Assembly: GCA_040954595.2 (NCBI GenBank)
Contig: CM082598.2
Span: 4,086,607 to 4,150,606 of the forward strand
DNA from: Balanoglossus misakiensis
Taxonomy: Eukaryota > Animalia > Hemichordata
Direction: 5' to 3'
Length of the DNA: 64,000 bases
A program made the translations under genes and the position numbers. The notes beneath the pieces are model-generated. The model was not told where the DNA came from. It did no database searches and worked only from the letters and a program-made list of their open reading frames with translations. Positions 51,136-64,000 of the stretch are shown piece by piece. Position 1 is the first letter of the stretch, and each line of letters starts with the position of its first letter.

Positions 51136-52389
51136 GGAAAAAACTTTGACGTGAGAACTAACAAGCTGAAGACAAATGCAAATTTTCAGCACATGTAAAT
51201 GACTTCTTCCTGGTGACCAGATATATCAACACATATATGTACTTTAAACTCGTGTTTGGTCATAAACAGTTTAATTCTTAAAGCGAGTAACAATTTTTGG
51301 CAAAATTCATCTACAGTATATGTACATTCAAAGGTGACTCAGAGAAATGGCTACTGAAGCCAAAATCAATGGACAAAGTCCCGGTTTTTGAAGGGTGGTG
51401 GCAAAAGTGGAGAAAGTAATATTGCGTGCTATCCAACTTCACACCACCAACCTAAGTCTCGGTTGTTCACATCAAAGACACCCTAGGCAGACATAATGTC
51501 TTTACATCAGACGTCACACCACATACAATTGTCTGAACTACATTGCAAAGTCTTAGAAATAATCTTCGGTTTGAGAATAAGAGCTTAAATACATTATAAG
51601 CCGGTTGATATGTTCTTAATCTCGTTTATCGCGTTGGAGGAAAATAAGAAATTTGTAAATACATGTATGACGACTTTATTTGACGTTCCTAGGGACATGC
51701 ATGACGCCATCTGTATGATGGCGCTCTTGTATCAGATATGTCTTTAGAAATGAGAAATGCTTACAATAAAAGTGAGATCCATAGAATGCCAATATTTGTG
51801 TCATTTATTTGATATTTGAGGGGAATTGATTTCACATATGAATCTGTCGTCCCTGATGATGTTGGGTACCGGTTGGGCCGGGGTGGGGGATGTATGTGCG
51901 TATTATTGGAAAGGGTCCTTTGCATCATGTTGAGATCGATGTTACAGCCGGTAAAATTTGTTTGATGGTTGCCTTATCAGCCTGAGGTAGAGAGTAAAGT
52001 GTAGTATCGTTGAAATTATTCGTCAGTTGCTGGTAGGTCTAGAACCCGTGCAGAAGTGTTAGCGTGACTCAGTAAGTCAGGACAGCTTTGTTTACATCTG
52101 AAACAACAGTAAATAACACAAAAATGTCAAAAGAGAGGGACTGTGACCTTTGACCCCGGGCCCAGTCGCGCTCGAGTAAATAGCGCCACCATACGTCAGG
52201 ATTTTCTGCTTCTTTTTTTTGGAAACCACCGAGTTTCCGTCAGTGGGAGATAACGTGGAAAAAAACACAAACAAGTATATTTTTGTTTGTTCCCTTTGAT
52301 TTAATGATCGCTCTTGGCCAATGTAGTTTAAGTAATTTATCGCAGAGATAAATTTCCAAGGCGGCGGGAGCTTTTTTAAAGTTGTAATG

Positions 52390-52991
52390 TTAAAGGGACA
52401 AATTCTCTCTCTCACTCTTCTTTTCCCATTTATTATGTTTGATTCACTACACTGTTTATGCTAATGCACATGTGGATATATAGTGAATCAACATTCAACA
52501 ATTACGTGTGTAGTATATGAGAGTAAAAATCTCGCCAAAATGAATAAATGGTAAACATTGAATGTTCATTTTGGCGAGTTTTTCACTCTTGTGTCTACAA
52601 GTGGGATGGAAGGTGTGTGTGGTTGAACTATGAGTAAAATTTCTCCATAATGTTTACCACAGAGATTGTCAAAGTCACTAAATTTGGCGGCCATTTTGAA
52701 TGCCATAGACTAAGCACAGATATAGGCGGCCATTTTGAACCTCAAATTTGGCGGCCATTTTGAAAGTCTTAATTTTAAGGCAATTTTGAAAAGACCCCCC
52801 CCCCCCCCTCCCCCCGAATTTAATGAGTAAATGATTTTTACTCTCACATCTATATGCAGGATGGAAGTTGTTTGTGGTTGAACGTTGATTCACTATATAC
52901 ATGTATCCACATGTACTTAACATCAATGGTGTCTTGTATCAAACATAATTTATGGGAAAAGGGCAGCAAGAGAGAGACTTTGTCCTTTTAA
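52390..52991. mobile_element. Family D MITE carrying a nested insert (~52627-52815)
   Basis: TTAA-AGGGACAAA ... TTTGTCCTT-TTAA; the insert contains three GGCGGCCATTTTGAA repeats. Confidence 0.7.
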
Positions 52992-53421
52992 GTTTCTCTC
53001 ACGATTTTGCCAATGCACGCGCACAAATGGTTACCTGGAGGAAGGACGAGTCAATTTTAAATGGTATGGGTTGGTGAGAATACCTGACTCATAAAACTCT
53101 TTCTCGACAGACATTTGGCCGGTCGTTATCGCCAGCCATATATTGATATACTTTTTACTGAAAAAAATACATTTATTAAATGGCTGGGGTTCGTGAAAGA
53201 CCACGAATTTCACAACGCTTACCCCCTCTTTTGTAATGGTATGATCCGTGACCCCGAGCGAGTTGGCCGACACAGTAAACATGAAACATACCAGTGTGTC
53301 TTTCAGGGTGGTGTAAACTTACCACTTTTTGGAACTAGTTACACTAATTTTCGTCACGGCAGCTTAACCGAACACGTAAAGATGTGAGAGTCGAGTGTTT
53401 GGCAGAAGAATTTATTTTCAA

Positions 53422-56400
53422 ATGAGCGAGTTTCCGACTCTGTGCGTGGTAAACTACGACGATGATGTGCCCGAGCGACGGTTTCGATACTCGGCGCCGT
53501 CGCCTCCAAGAACTCGAGATGTGAACACTGCGTTTGCGAACTACGAGTACACCGTGCTCACAAGCCCTCCGCCTCCCAGGGCCGAAACAACTGTCCCGGT
53601 AAGATGCCGTTTATATCTGAAAGCTGACGTTTCTTTATTTCCAGGCGAGAAAGGAAACTTCGGACGGGACGAGTGTCCAACTTGTCTTCAGACCGTCCAA
53701 GCAGACGACACTATTTTTGACAGTTAGACACTGTGTTTATTCAAGTTTGTCAGGTTGGGGTCATGCCGTGTTTAGTGACCTGTAGGTAAAAAACCGCGAC
53801 GTTGTTTGTTATGTTTTTCCGCTGAATAAATTCCTATGGCCATTCGTGTGAATCGAGACACAAGTTTTAAATCCCATGTCGATTTCCCAAGACGTTGAAT
53901 GATTGATTACGTCGTGGTCGAACCTCGACGCAGTCAATAAGTCGGTCGCCACTTTCAACATTTATTTACTCAGTCGCCAAACTGCTTCACAACTTTCAGG
54001 TCCTATTCATTGCCCATAACTCAGACTGTCTCCCAGAAAATTATCGTCACGGGTCTTGGTACCCGAACCAAATTCGCAACGCCAGTTTAGGTTTTACGGA
54101 AGTGACTGCAGCCGCGGTAACGGGGGCTGCCATTTTGGACGCGTGTGTTGCCCAGGCGACTGTGGTGTGTTGCTAGGCAATCGAGTCGTGGACCTTTTCT
54201 GGGTTTCAACAGAAAATACACGCCGGACGTGTTATGTACAATAAATTTTCTTTTTTTGCCGATAGTACAAACGACTTCTTAAAACCAGAAGTCAACTATA
54301 AGTTTATCTATTTGAAGAGAATTATTAAAACATTTTTCCATCAGTTTTATGGGAATGTAACTGTTTCTTTAGACCTCAAGTATATTGCCCAGACTGTTTT
54401 TGCAATAAATGTTGTTTTTTTTTTCAGTTTTGTTAATTCAGGTCAGAAAGGTTTAATAAGTAGTTTTCAGTATCCATGACTCCACCTGTAAAAGAAAAAA
54501 ATCTATTTTTGCTTTGGTAATGACATTTGAGAAAACTTTTTTGCTGAGCCCCACAAGACAAAAAGAATCAGTCACATGATTTCATGAAATATAAGAAAAA
54601 AACGTAGCGGTTTCCCTTTATCAAACAGTGTTGACTCCGAAATGTATTGCCTGGCCAACGTCTTGGTGCTCAGCAACCAAGGAATCTCATATATGTTTTA
54701 ATGGCAATGACAATGACTTCAATGGCTAGCTTTTATCATACATGCAATTCTCTGGTTGCCACAGACTTCCAAGTGTGTAGTTAAGTGCTTGCATGTATAA
54801 AAGAAGTGTAATTAGGTAGAAACATAACTGTTAGTCTGATATAAGCATTGCTGAGTCAGAAATGTTCATGTAATCATGGCTGAATTGTGAATAATAATAA
54901 CCCTATACAAAACAGACTGAAAGTTCTGTTCCATGCACTATATAAAAATAACCAAGCAACCCCGATGGCTTGTAACAATTCACATGACAAACATTTGCTG
55001 ATCTAGTTGTGAGAGTCAGTTAGTTTTCAAATTTCAGCTTAGGAAGCGTTGCTCAGCATTGGAATCGTTCACGTTCTTCCCCTCCTTGAAGTTGTCAATA
55101 TTTGAAATTGATGATCTGAATTAGATCTCAGCCAGTGCCAAGGTACCTGGCCGTCAGAGAAGTAGAGGCAAACAACAGGAAACTATAAATAAACGGAGCC
55201 AGTTAAACACAAAACTGCTCATGCTGTTAAACCTCAGTTTCGCCTCCCCTATTGTTCAGCGACCGTAATTACTGAAACTCAAGTTCTTATAAATAATGGA
55301 TTAGACCAAAACTTTACTCAAGGCCTGTACAATGTATATCAGCTTTGTACCATGACTCTGTAATCTGTCACGGAGCTATTGACATCACTTGTTACGCAAT
55401 TTACATGTTTTGTCCAAATATCCAGTTTTATACCTGAGCCTGTCTTTGTTTATTTGATAATGCTCCATGGAACATGTAAATTTTCACTATCACATTTGTT
55501 TAGGGACAACTGTTGGGAATGTATTTTATGTTAATAAGAAACTTCCTCAAAGATTATAGATAATATACCACTGATCAGGGCAAAATTATCATCAGGTGAT
55601 GATGTCATGCATAGTAGAAGTATCCTTCTAATTAAATTGATACCAGATATCATAAACATTTACAGATATACATTTTTTCGATTTAAAAATTTTGGACAAA
55701 TCCCACTATACCTGATAATGTTTTACATTATATATATATGCAACAGCACATTATTGTTAACTTCTGGTAATGTGGTAATTTGTATGTTTGAATTTACAAT
55801 AACTCTATAGTGACCATCTACTGCTACATAAACACTGTTGCTAGCAACATGTGAAATCGTGGTTGATACAAATATAGGAACTGACCACCTATAATATCAA
55901 GCTGCAAAGAGTACGGTCTCAGCAAATGGTATGATTAATTTCCCGATGTAATAAAAGCTTGTGGCAGGAAAAACCTTTCAAACTAAATAAGAAAAGTAAT
56001 CAAGCCACCCACCATTCAATATTAAACACTGCACTTCCATAATGGATAATTATTTGAGCGTTCTAAATCAATTACGTGTTGCCATAGCAACCTTTAATGC
56101 ACCCGGCAATCACCTGGAGGTGGACAGGAAAGATCAGGGAAAGGTCAGGTTTGATAGAGAGAGGTTTGAAAGATTCTGTAAATACAAGAATAAATTGGGA
56201 CAGCCTGTCTCTACATTTCAAGAGAAGTAATTACTTCTTGAATAGGGCTTCTCATTGATTCATTGGGGGGGGGGGGGGGGGGAGGGGGTAGCACATAAAA
56301 AGAAAATATTTGATTTTGACTTGTACACTGAAAACTAAGGATGAAACAGCTGGTACTGTTACTCCATTTGTTTAAATTGTGTAAAAATATTATGTGAAAA

Positions 56401-59400
56401 ACTCCATAGCTTACAGGGCATCATCTGATACAGATACTTCCAATGCCAATGCCTTTATACAGGTTTAAAGTTTGTTTATAAGTTGAACTCTTGGCACATA
56501 TTTAGCCAGTAGAACAAGCGAAAAAAATCATCCTAAATTTACAGCTATTGTCCCTTTAATCATAGCCTGAGAAGAGACTACCATGACTTCATATCACCTG
56601 TTTTTTCTCTCCTTCTTTTGTTTTACTTCAGTACCGGTTGAGTACGCGCAGCAGATCGCAGAAAACCAGCCATGACAGAGACCCACAAACTCAGAGCTAT
56701 GTGTCATACTACCGCGACACAGACACAGTGCAATCTCAGGCATACAGCGAATATCTACCCAGGGAGCGTATGCGAACAACTCACACTAACTTCTCCTTGC
56801 CGACTTTGAAGAATGGCTGGGGGGACACCAGCCACTCGGTCAATGCGGAGATGCTCGACGTGCCACGATGGAATAAGTATCTTAATGCGTGGGTGTCTGG
56901 AAACCAGGTAAGGGATGTTTTCATTACGTTTCATTCCAATTCCTGTGTGGATTGACATCATTTTGCATGTATGATTGCAAGTACTACTGTAAAACACTTA
57001 ATTTTCGCGAGCAATAAATTTTCGCGAAATACGCGAGAGCCTAAATAGCGTGAAAATAAAAAGTCGTGTAATTTTTTGTGAAGACAACGATGCAGTGAAT
57101 GAAATAAGAGAACGCGAAAATTAATACTCGCGAAACAGTGGCCTCTCTCGATATCGCGAAAATTTCAACTCGCGAAAATAAAGTGTTTTACAGTATTCCT
57201 TGTATTCTTGAAAAATTCAAAAAGAACGACTTTGTCAATAAACAGGTTTTATCGTAGGCATTGTACAAGCTAAACATTTAGTCTGATTTCCTTGGCCTTG
57301 TGTTTTGTGGAAGTTACCTTGTTTGACAGTGACCTGTCACATTTTATTGTATGGACAATAAAATCGTGGGCAAGAGATCCTTTGTCTGTAGTCTCACAGC
57401 CTGTAATTCTTCATTGTCGAATAAAATCGCTCGTGAAAATGTTTGCGTTTCAAGGAACAGACAAAGGCAGATGACCCTCACTGGATAAAAACATCATGGT
57501 CTTTCTAACTCACAAAGTTATTGATTTTGGGATGATGAGGGCATTTAATACGAACGTCATGCCATTGATGCGAGGACAATGGTCGCAATTAGGATAAGAC
57601 GAGGCCTCTGAGGAATCTCTGTGAATTTTCCACAGAAGAGGGATTACATGGGGATTAAGTATTACATGAGATAGAATACTCCAGGAACAGGTTGTGTTAA
57701 TGTGGACCTGTGTTCATCGATCCAACGGGACTGGTGTTATGTTTGGACGCCAACAGTTTATGGAATGACAGGATTGATGCTGTAGCTTTCAGAATTTTAT
57801 TCTACTTTTGTTCCTGGTATCAAATACATTTTCTTGGTCTCCTCCCTAAAGCATGTTAAAATGCTCAGTACTTCGCTTGAATAAATGGTAAAGACCGATT
57901 ATTCATTTTGGCGAGTTTTTTACTCTTGTGTCTACGTGTGGGATGGAAGTTGTGTGTGGTTGAACGTTGATTCACTACATATCCACATGTAGAATAACAT
58001 AAACGGTGTCTTGTATCAAAAATAATTAATGGAAAAAGGGCAGCGAGATAGAGACTTTGTCCCTTTAATGTTGTGGTGAAAGGGTTAAAATCCTAACACG
58101 ATTGAAATTGTACTCACTGGGTATGTTGCCAAAAATGAAATCCAAACAGCGGTAGTTTTTTCATGGAAATAAAATCTGCAACAAGTGTTATTTGCTTGGA
58201 CAATGTGTGGAATGTGAAGTACAGCAGAATTAGCAGTGTTTATCCTTGTCCAGTTATGTCCACATCTACCCTCACTTAAATCTTCTCTGTTTTTACCATT
58301 TAGCAAATAAAGCCTGTTTGTTCGTGTGGGCTGAGTACGATTAAAACCCAAATTGTACAAGCTGGAAAACTGCTGGGAATGAGAATCTTCACTCGGAGTA
58401 AACAACAGCCAAACAAAACAAAGCCATGCCCCATAACAACAGCAAATATGAGGAATTCTGTTTTGTGTGGTCACTTTTTGTTAGTCAGTGGAGTGCACCA
58501 TCATCAAGGGTTTCCAAGTACAAGTTGGTTTGTGTTCCGACTACTTCAGAAGTTTGTTCTGGCAGATAAGCTAAGCCTCAGAGTAAACATGTGTTGTACA
58601 TGCATGCATGCACACACTGGTTACTGTGATAATTTGCAGACTTGTCCAGTTCCCAACAATAAACCAATTTACACACCATTGTGCAATATATCTAAACTGA
58701 TTTGCCAGCGCTGGGCCAACTCAGGGCCATTCTGGGTTAGCCCATTTCATTGTCACATTGTACTAGTCTTCACACTCAGCTCTCAGGAATTTAACTGTGA
58801 TATGGTTCAATAACTTCTTAAAAAGACAACAGTGCACTCCACCCCATAGATAAAAATATGCAGGTACAGGTCTCATCAACTCTGATAGTAATTGTACAGA
58901 CACTTTGGCAGCGAGAAGGAAAAAATATCGGCTGCTATTATTATGTAACTTTTGGTTTCCCCTGAACCAATGAAATTGCAATTACAGCGGAGCGAAATCT
59001 ATTTATTTCGTAACGAATTAATTGAGTCAGTGTTCAGACAATTCACAGTTACTATGTACATGTGCACAGTTATTCAAATCGCCTGTGGGTGTCCCTTTAT
59101 TGATTGAACGCCCATGTACATAGCAACTACCTCACTGCTGGTGGCTTTCTATGCAACCGGTGACCCTGTGACCTTTTGCGCAGAAAGACTTTAGGGGCAA
59201 CCGCACCTAGGTGGTTGTCACAATTCAGTGAGTTCTCTAAAGTGGTTTGCATTGTCGCCAGGACGCCTGGGTCTTATCTGTGAAGGCTGGGCCATGGCGA
59301 GTCGGCATAATACTGTTAACAGTTGCTCTGTCTGCAAAAATGGTGACATATCCCAGTGGAATTCTGTGGGGGGGGGGGGAGGGTGGGGGAGGGTGCTATT

Positions 59401-62400
59401 CCATGGAGTAGGAGGGAATGGGGGAGAGCAGGATATTTTGAACTATTTCAGTCCATGTTTTATTTAAAGAACAGCAAAAAATTTAATGGCAAAAACTAAT
59501 GACCCATACAAGCCTTTCATGCTTGTACTAGTATGTAGACGTGTGTTACATGTAGATTTCGGCATAATTCTTACATACATGTGTGTGTGTGTGTCTGCAA
59601 ATGTTTTGATCTCCCTCCCAATGCTACTGATAATTACAACACCCTGCATTTATAGTAAAAGCTTAGTTAAATAACCACAAAAAACAACAAGACATGAAAG
59701 TTTAAACATAGTCTGGAAAGGTCCTGTCATGAAATTTTGATCAGAATTAAATTCAGTGTCCATAGCATGAATAATTGAAGAAACCGCTAGACTCCCTCGT
59801 ATTACATAAATATTTAATTAATAGAAACTATACATCAAATATTTATATCGCCAAGTCACAGTGGCCACATTTTTTGGTCAACAATAGCGGTCGTGTAAAT
59901 AATAAAAGACTGTTTAAATCTTAATAAATCTCTGTCTTTGAATGCGACATGGACTCAACATTAACAGAATGCAATTCATGTGTTATATTTCCAGTTGAAA
60001 GGAAATCTTATATGATAGACGCAACATATTGAGGTTCCGTTCATGGGATATTATGAATACAATTGCTTTTACAGGAAATATTGAGGTTGTGTTGGCTTTC
60101 TTTGAGTTTGACGTTTTGCCTAATGCACATGGATGGATCAATATCAGCTGGCGTCATGACAACAGAGTGTACATAATCCCCGGTATTTCCTTGTGCTTTA
60201 GTTGTGTGGCTGCAATTATTGCCAAGCAAGCTTGTAGTTACAGAAATACCAATTGTGTGCATTGGTTTGACTGTTGTTGTGATGAGTTTAAACAATTTAA
60301 TATTGTGTTAAAGAAAATTATCAACACTACAATGTACATGCAATTAAGGTGTAAGGCCGACTCAGAGAAATTTTTAGATATATCCTCAAATTGACTCAAA
60401 GCGTTTAAAATTTATGTTTGTTAGCAGACACACTGAAAAGGCAATGCAGTGTATGTGTACCGGTATGTCTTGATTTGTGAGAAGCAAGTAATCCCCAGAC
60501 ATGATCCTACATGTATGACTTACAGGCTAACTAGTGTTTCTGTTTGTTTTCTATTTATTGTTCCCAGGATGATGAAGGCGGGCTCTTTTTCAGGTTTAAT
60601 AACGGTTCCAATCTGTATGACAGAGGGCGCTATCACTATGTGGTAAGGGAAGTTTTATTCAACACTGTCACATTGTCGTATCCCCTTTTATTCCAACTCC
60701 TTCAGAAATAAAGACTGATTTACACATTACCAAAAGGAGATTTACTTATCATGTCCTATGTATTGTATAATCAAACTTGCCAACAGGATAGATGCCAAAT
60801 ATAACGTATATAAAAATAATTTAGGACAACAGAAATGTTTTACTTGGTATGAATTAGAAAAATAACTCTGCCACATCTTAACTTCCATAATTCCAGCCGG
60901 AATTTGAAGAATTCCCGCATTTGCCGTGCCCCCGATTCCACGCACACATGGAGAAGACACCAGTCCCAAAGCAGGTCCAGAAGAGGAAAAAGAAAAATCT
61001 AAAGCCGCCAGATTTTTGGCATTACAAGCGGAAAGAGGAGCCACCAAAACCAATTCCAAAACGAAAAGGTATAAACAGCTCTTTCTTGTTATCACTTTGA
61101 TGGTCTTTTTAATCACGTTACTCTCTGTAATACAATGTAGTTACCGGTTTATATTTTTTTCTGAACTGAAGTTGATAAGCACAGCCTTACAAATTTTTTT
61201 TCGTGATTTTCCATGTAGAATTCACATATCAGATCTGGATATTGTGATATTTCAGGTGACACGTTTTGCGTTATTGCCAACGTCTGCATTGCAGGAAATC
61301 ACTGCTTTACCTATACACAGGCAATTGTATTGGCCCTTTAAAGGTATACGGTCACCTATAGAAAATTAGCTACAGTTACCATGGCAAACTTGAGATCTAG
61401 CCAATCACTGATTTTCAGTGGGTGGCACACCCGAAAAAAAGAGCACCACCATATGTTCTTTAGAACGCTCAAATACGCCATTTCAGCCATATATGGGCGT
61501 ATGTAAATTGGAGGTGACTGTATACCTTTAACCATCAGTACTGGAGTTTATTGCTTTTTGCAAATACACGCATCAGCTCTAGCCATCCTGGCTTTTTTTT
61601 TTTGCCCACTGAGATCACAGGATGATTGACTGTTTGTTGTTTCTCAGCTTCTAAAGGCGTACGCTGGTTTGATAGCGACACTGATGTCTACTTACCCGAC
61701 CCTGGTGAGGCTTTCAATTTCAAATCTCCCACCATGCACCTCAATGTACCCACAATCCATTGCACGTATCCCATAATATTCATCCGCAGGCGACTTGGGG
61801 TGTGGTCTTGTTACTTACACAGGGCTGCGCTGTTATTACCATACTATGGGTGTTTTTTTGTTGGCAAACTCAAAAAGTGTGGAATTTTACCCCATAATGA
61901 AATCTAAAGAATGGTTAATTAATGTTACTTGACATTTGTCAAGTAAACACAAACAACATTGACCAACACGAGAGGTGTCTGTTTATATCTGTTAAGTTTA
62001 GTTCATCTAAAAAGTTTAACGACTGTATTAGACAAGTTTTAAAACATAATTTAATTTGTAAAAAACCCTAATTAATTCTGTAAATCTGTTGTCTATGTGT
62101 TAGAATGTAATAATCATGAGTAGAATATGTCAAAGATTTTATTATGGGTTAAAATGACAGAACTTTTTGTTATGTCACTCTATGCATGCCTGCATGTACT
62201 CGCACTGACACTGTATGTACAATAATATCTGTATTAAAAACGTGTGTTTCAAAATGAGGTTGAGATTGCACATTAATTTGCACTAACAGAAACTGGGTAA
62301 TGTTGAACATTGTACATTGTCACAATCATTCACTTGTATAGGTATAGAGTATACAAATAACTGCATGTAGTGTTTATGATTCTAAAACCAAAATGGCTAC

Positions 62401-63687
62401 AGTTTTAACCCCCATCACCATACAACTAGCCTGGTCTCCATACCCAGTGTGTTTTAGATAGACTCACAAAACACACTGAGTATTGAGACCAGGCTGCCAT
62501 CCAACGGAATTTGGTTATTTTATAATTTTAGTCATGATTTTGGTCACTACATATTGGCAGATTACACCCCCTTCCCCTCAGTATATTGACAGCAGTATAG
62601 AGGATGGTCAACAGGCAATTTGCCTGTAGTTGACACACTGAACAAACCTGTACAGTAAAACCTGTCTAAACCAAACCCTGTCTAATCTGGAAACCTGTCT
62701 ACACCGAACACTAAAATTTCCAGTCCCTTTTACATAGAAGTAGAACCACAGTTATACACTGAACACCTAGATCGATGCAAACCAGGCAATTTCTTTATAA
62801 TTTCCTTTGGTATCTGGTTCAAACAGGTTTTACTGAATCAAAAAGTTAACTTTTTAATACAGAGCAACTTCCCCTTCAAAGTGTCTACGTGTCATGTTGA
62901 ACAGGGCAGGTATCAGTGATGGGGTTAAAACAAGTGAAGCCATTTTGACAGGATTTGGTAGCATTCTAAAATAGATTTTAAAGGTATTGGTTTGTTGTGT
63001 CTCATATTTTTAATGCATGGATTATAACAACTTACAAGGTGGATATGGTCATTAATTTGAATTTTACATCATATATCATATTTTGTCATATCAGTACACG
63101 TGAGAAAACAGAGATGTGTGGTTAAGAGAATAGGTTCATCATTATAATTTTTTATTTATGTGACACTGTGTTCTTCATCGAGATGACTTATGATCTCTTT
63201 GTTAAAACTAATAAAAACCTCAGTCATTTCCTTTCCAAATTAATTCAAGTTCTGCGTCCAATTACCAATTTCTCTTCTTTCTGTCATCCATATTATCATG
63301 TTACCATTTTACTTCATGTTTCTAACAGATTTTTCCACCTGTCATTCACCCTGATTCCTTTTGGGCATTTTTGGTATTCAACATCCTAGACATTTCATAT
63401 TAAAATGCCCAAATTAGAAATTGATGAGTTATAAGTTTCATACATTATATGTGATTAGTTTTATTCCCAGCACTGTGTGATTGACATACTGTACCTGGTA
63501 TTACATGTAATTTTGACTTGTACTGGAGTAGCAGTTTCACCATCAAAATATCATGCAGTGGTTCTTAATTTCAATCATACTCATTTTTTGGTGTTGATGA
63601 AATATTTTTTCACTCTTATTTTTAATTCTAATCGTGCTCATGAAGGCGTACCTGAAAATAGTGAGCATAGTGACTATGGCTCTGCTG
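53422..63687 (+). CDS. Uncharacterised multi-exon protein; 3' end uncertain and may continue past the window
   Basis: In-phase GT-AG exons 53422-53598 (MSEFPTLC..TTVP), 56632-56907 (YRLSTR..WVSGNQ), 60568-60642 (DDEGGLFFRF..YHYV), 60897-61068 (PEFEEFP..PKRK), 61648-61704 (ASKGVRWFDSD..DP; alternatively read-through to stop 61907) and 63646-63687. No recognised domain. Confidence 0.65.
54097..54181. promoter_or_regulatory. Intronic promoter-like module: ETS, YY1 and two X-boxes
   Basis: CGGAAGTG, GCCATTTTG, GTTGCCCAGGCGAC (54147-54160) and GTTGCTAGGCAAT (54169-54181) in a CpG-rich patch. Confidence 0.55.
56078..56091. promoter_or_regulatory. Canonical X-box
   Basis: GTTGCCATAGCAAC; a palindromic GTTGCTAGCAAC is also present at 55837-55848. 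Confidence 0.55.
56985..57195. mobile_element. Family B MITE
   Basis: TA-CTGTAAAACAC...GTGTTTTACAG-TA, near-identical to the 30911 copy. Confidence 0.85.
57878..58067. mobile_element. Family D MITE, right half
   Basis: Ends gggcagcgagatagagactttgtccctttaa. Confidence 0.75.
61338..61531. mobile_element. Family E Kolobok-type MITE
   Basis: TTAA-AGGTATACGGTCACCT...AGGTGACTGTATACCT-TTAA. Confidence 0.8.
62427..62496. mobile_element. Family H palindromic MITE
   Basis: TAGCCTGGTCTCCATACCCAGTGTG...CACACTGAGTATTGAGACCAGGCT. Confidence 0.7.
62651..62837. mobile_element. Tc1/pogo-type MITE
   Basis: TA-CAGTAAAACCTGT ... ACAGGTTTTACTG. Confidence 0.65.
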
Positions 63688-64000
63688 GTAAGATTTAGAA
63701 ATTATTAGTGATTGCCGTGGTACTATTTTTAATGAATTCATGCATGTTAATTACATGTAAATTATATGATAATGGCATGGGTTTGGGTTAAAATCATAAA
63801 TGTGTGATACAGTCATTGGTGAAAATTCTGCTTTTATGGACATGGTATCATTTCAATGTGTGCATGACAAAGACAACGTTACAGTACAGCTCAGGGAGTC
63901 TTTCGTGATTGTCCCATTATGGGCATGCATGTGCAACTTTTAATATTGTGCTTGACAACCTGAGAGATATGCAACATGTCAAATTGGTTGTCCAAAAGTA

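Noticed and set aside
52678-52762. Triple GGCGGCCATTTTGAA repeat as a CRISPR-like array
   Set aside because: Eukaryotic context, irregular short spacing, no cas genes; nested in a MITE and typical of transposon subterminal repeats.
53115-53387. 90-aa ORF upstream of the orphan gene
   Set aside because: TTG start, no recognisable motif and no usable splice link; likely 5' UTR or promoter.
54049-54133. Minus-strand micro-ORF MAAPVTAAAV... (28 aa)
   Set aside because: Explained by the YY1 motif (AAAATGGC) in a promoter-like patch; no splice or homology support.

Overview
Eukaryotic, AT-rich, intron-rich animal DNA; the gene set, domain mosaics and repeats suggest an invertebrate deuterostome such as a hemichordate (inference). 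Splicing by eye on GT-AG sites gives seven multi-exon genes: (1) SAXO4/PPP1R32 ciliary microtubule protein (-); (2) a CPRAS1-like Sec23/24-type zinc finger + vWA protein without a Ras domain but with a phosphotyrosine/SH3-motif-rich N-terminus (+); (3) a GPI-type Ly6/uPAR three-finger protein (-); (4) a secreted PAN-EGF-TSP1-TSP1-SRCR-TSP1-CCP-CCP-CTLD mosaic (+); (5) TUBGCP2 (-), head-to-head with (6) TIGAR (+), which carries a long insert; (7) an unrecognised gene (+) that probably runs off the right edge. A possible first coding exon of an eighth gene lies at the left edge. Introns contain many MITEs (piggyBac-, Kolobok- and Tc1/pogo-type), one tRNA-derived SINE and microsatellites. Main leads: an in-frame 163-codon candidate cassette exon in TUBGCP2 with a PP1-docking RVxF motif; RVxF motifs in three gene products; recurrent RFX X-boxes; and two candidate regulated microexons. 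No rRNA, tRNA, CRISPR or prokaryotic features were seen. All homology calls come from motif recognition, not database searches.
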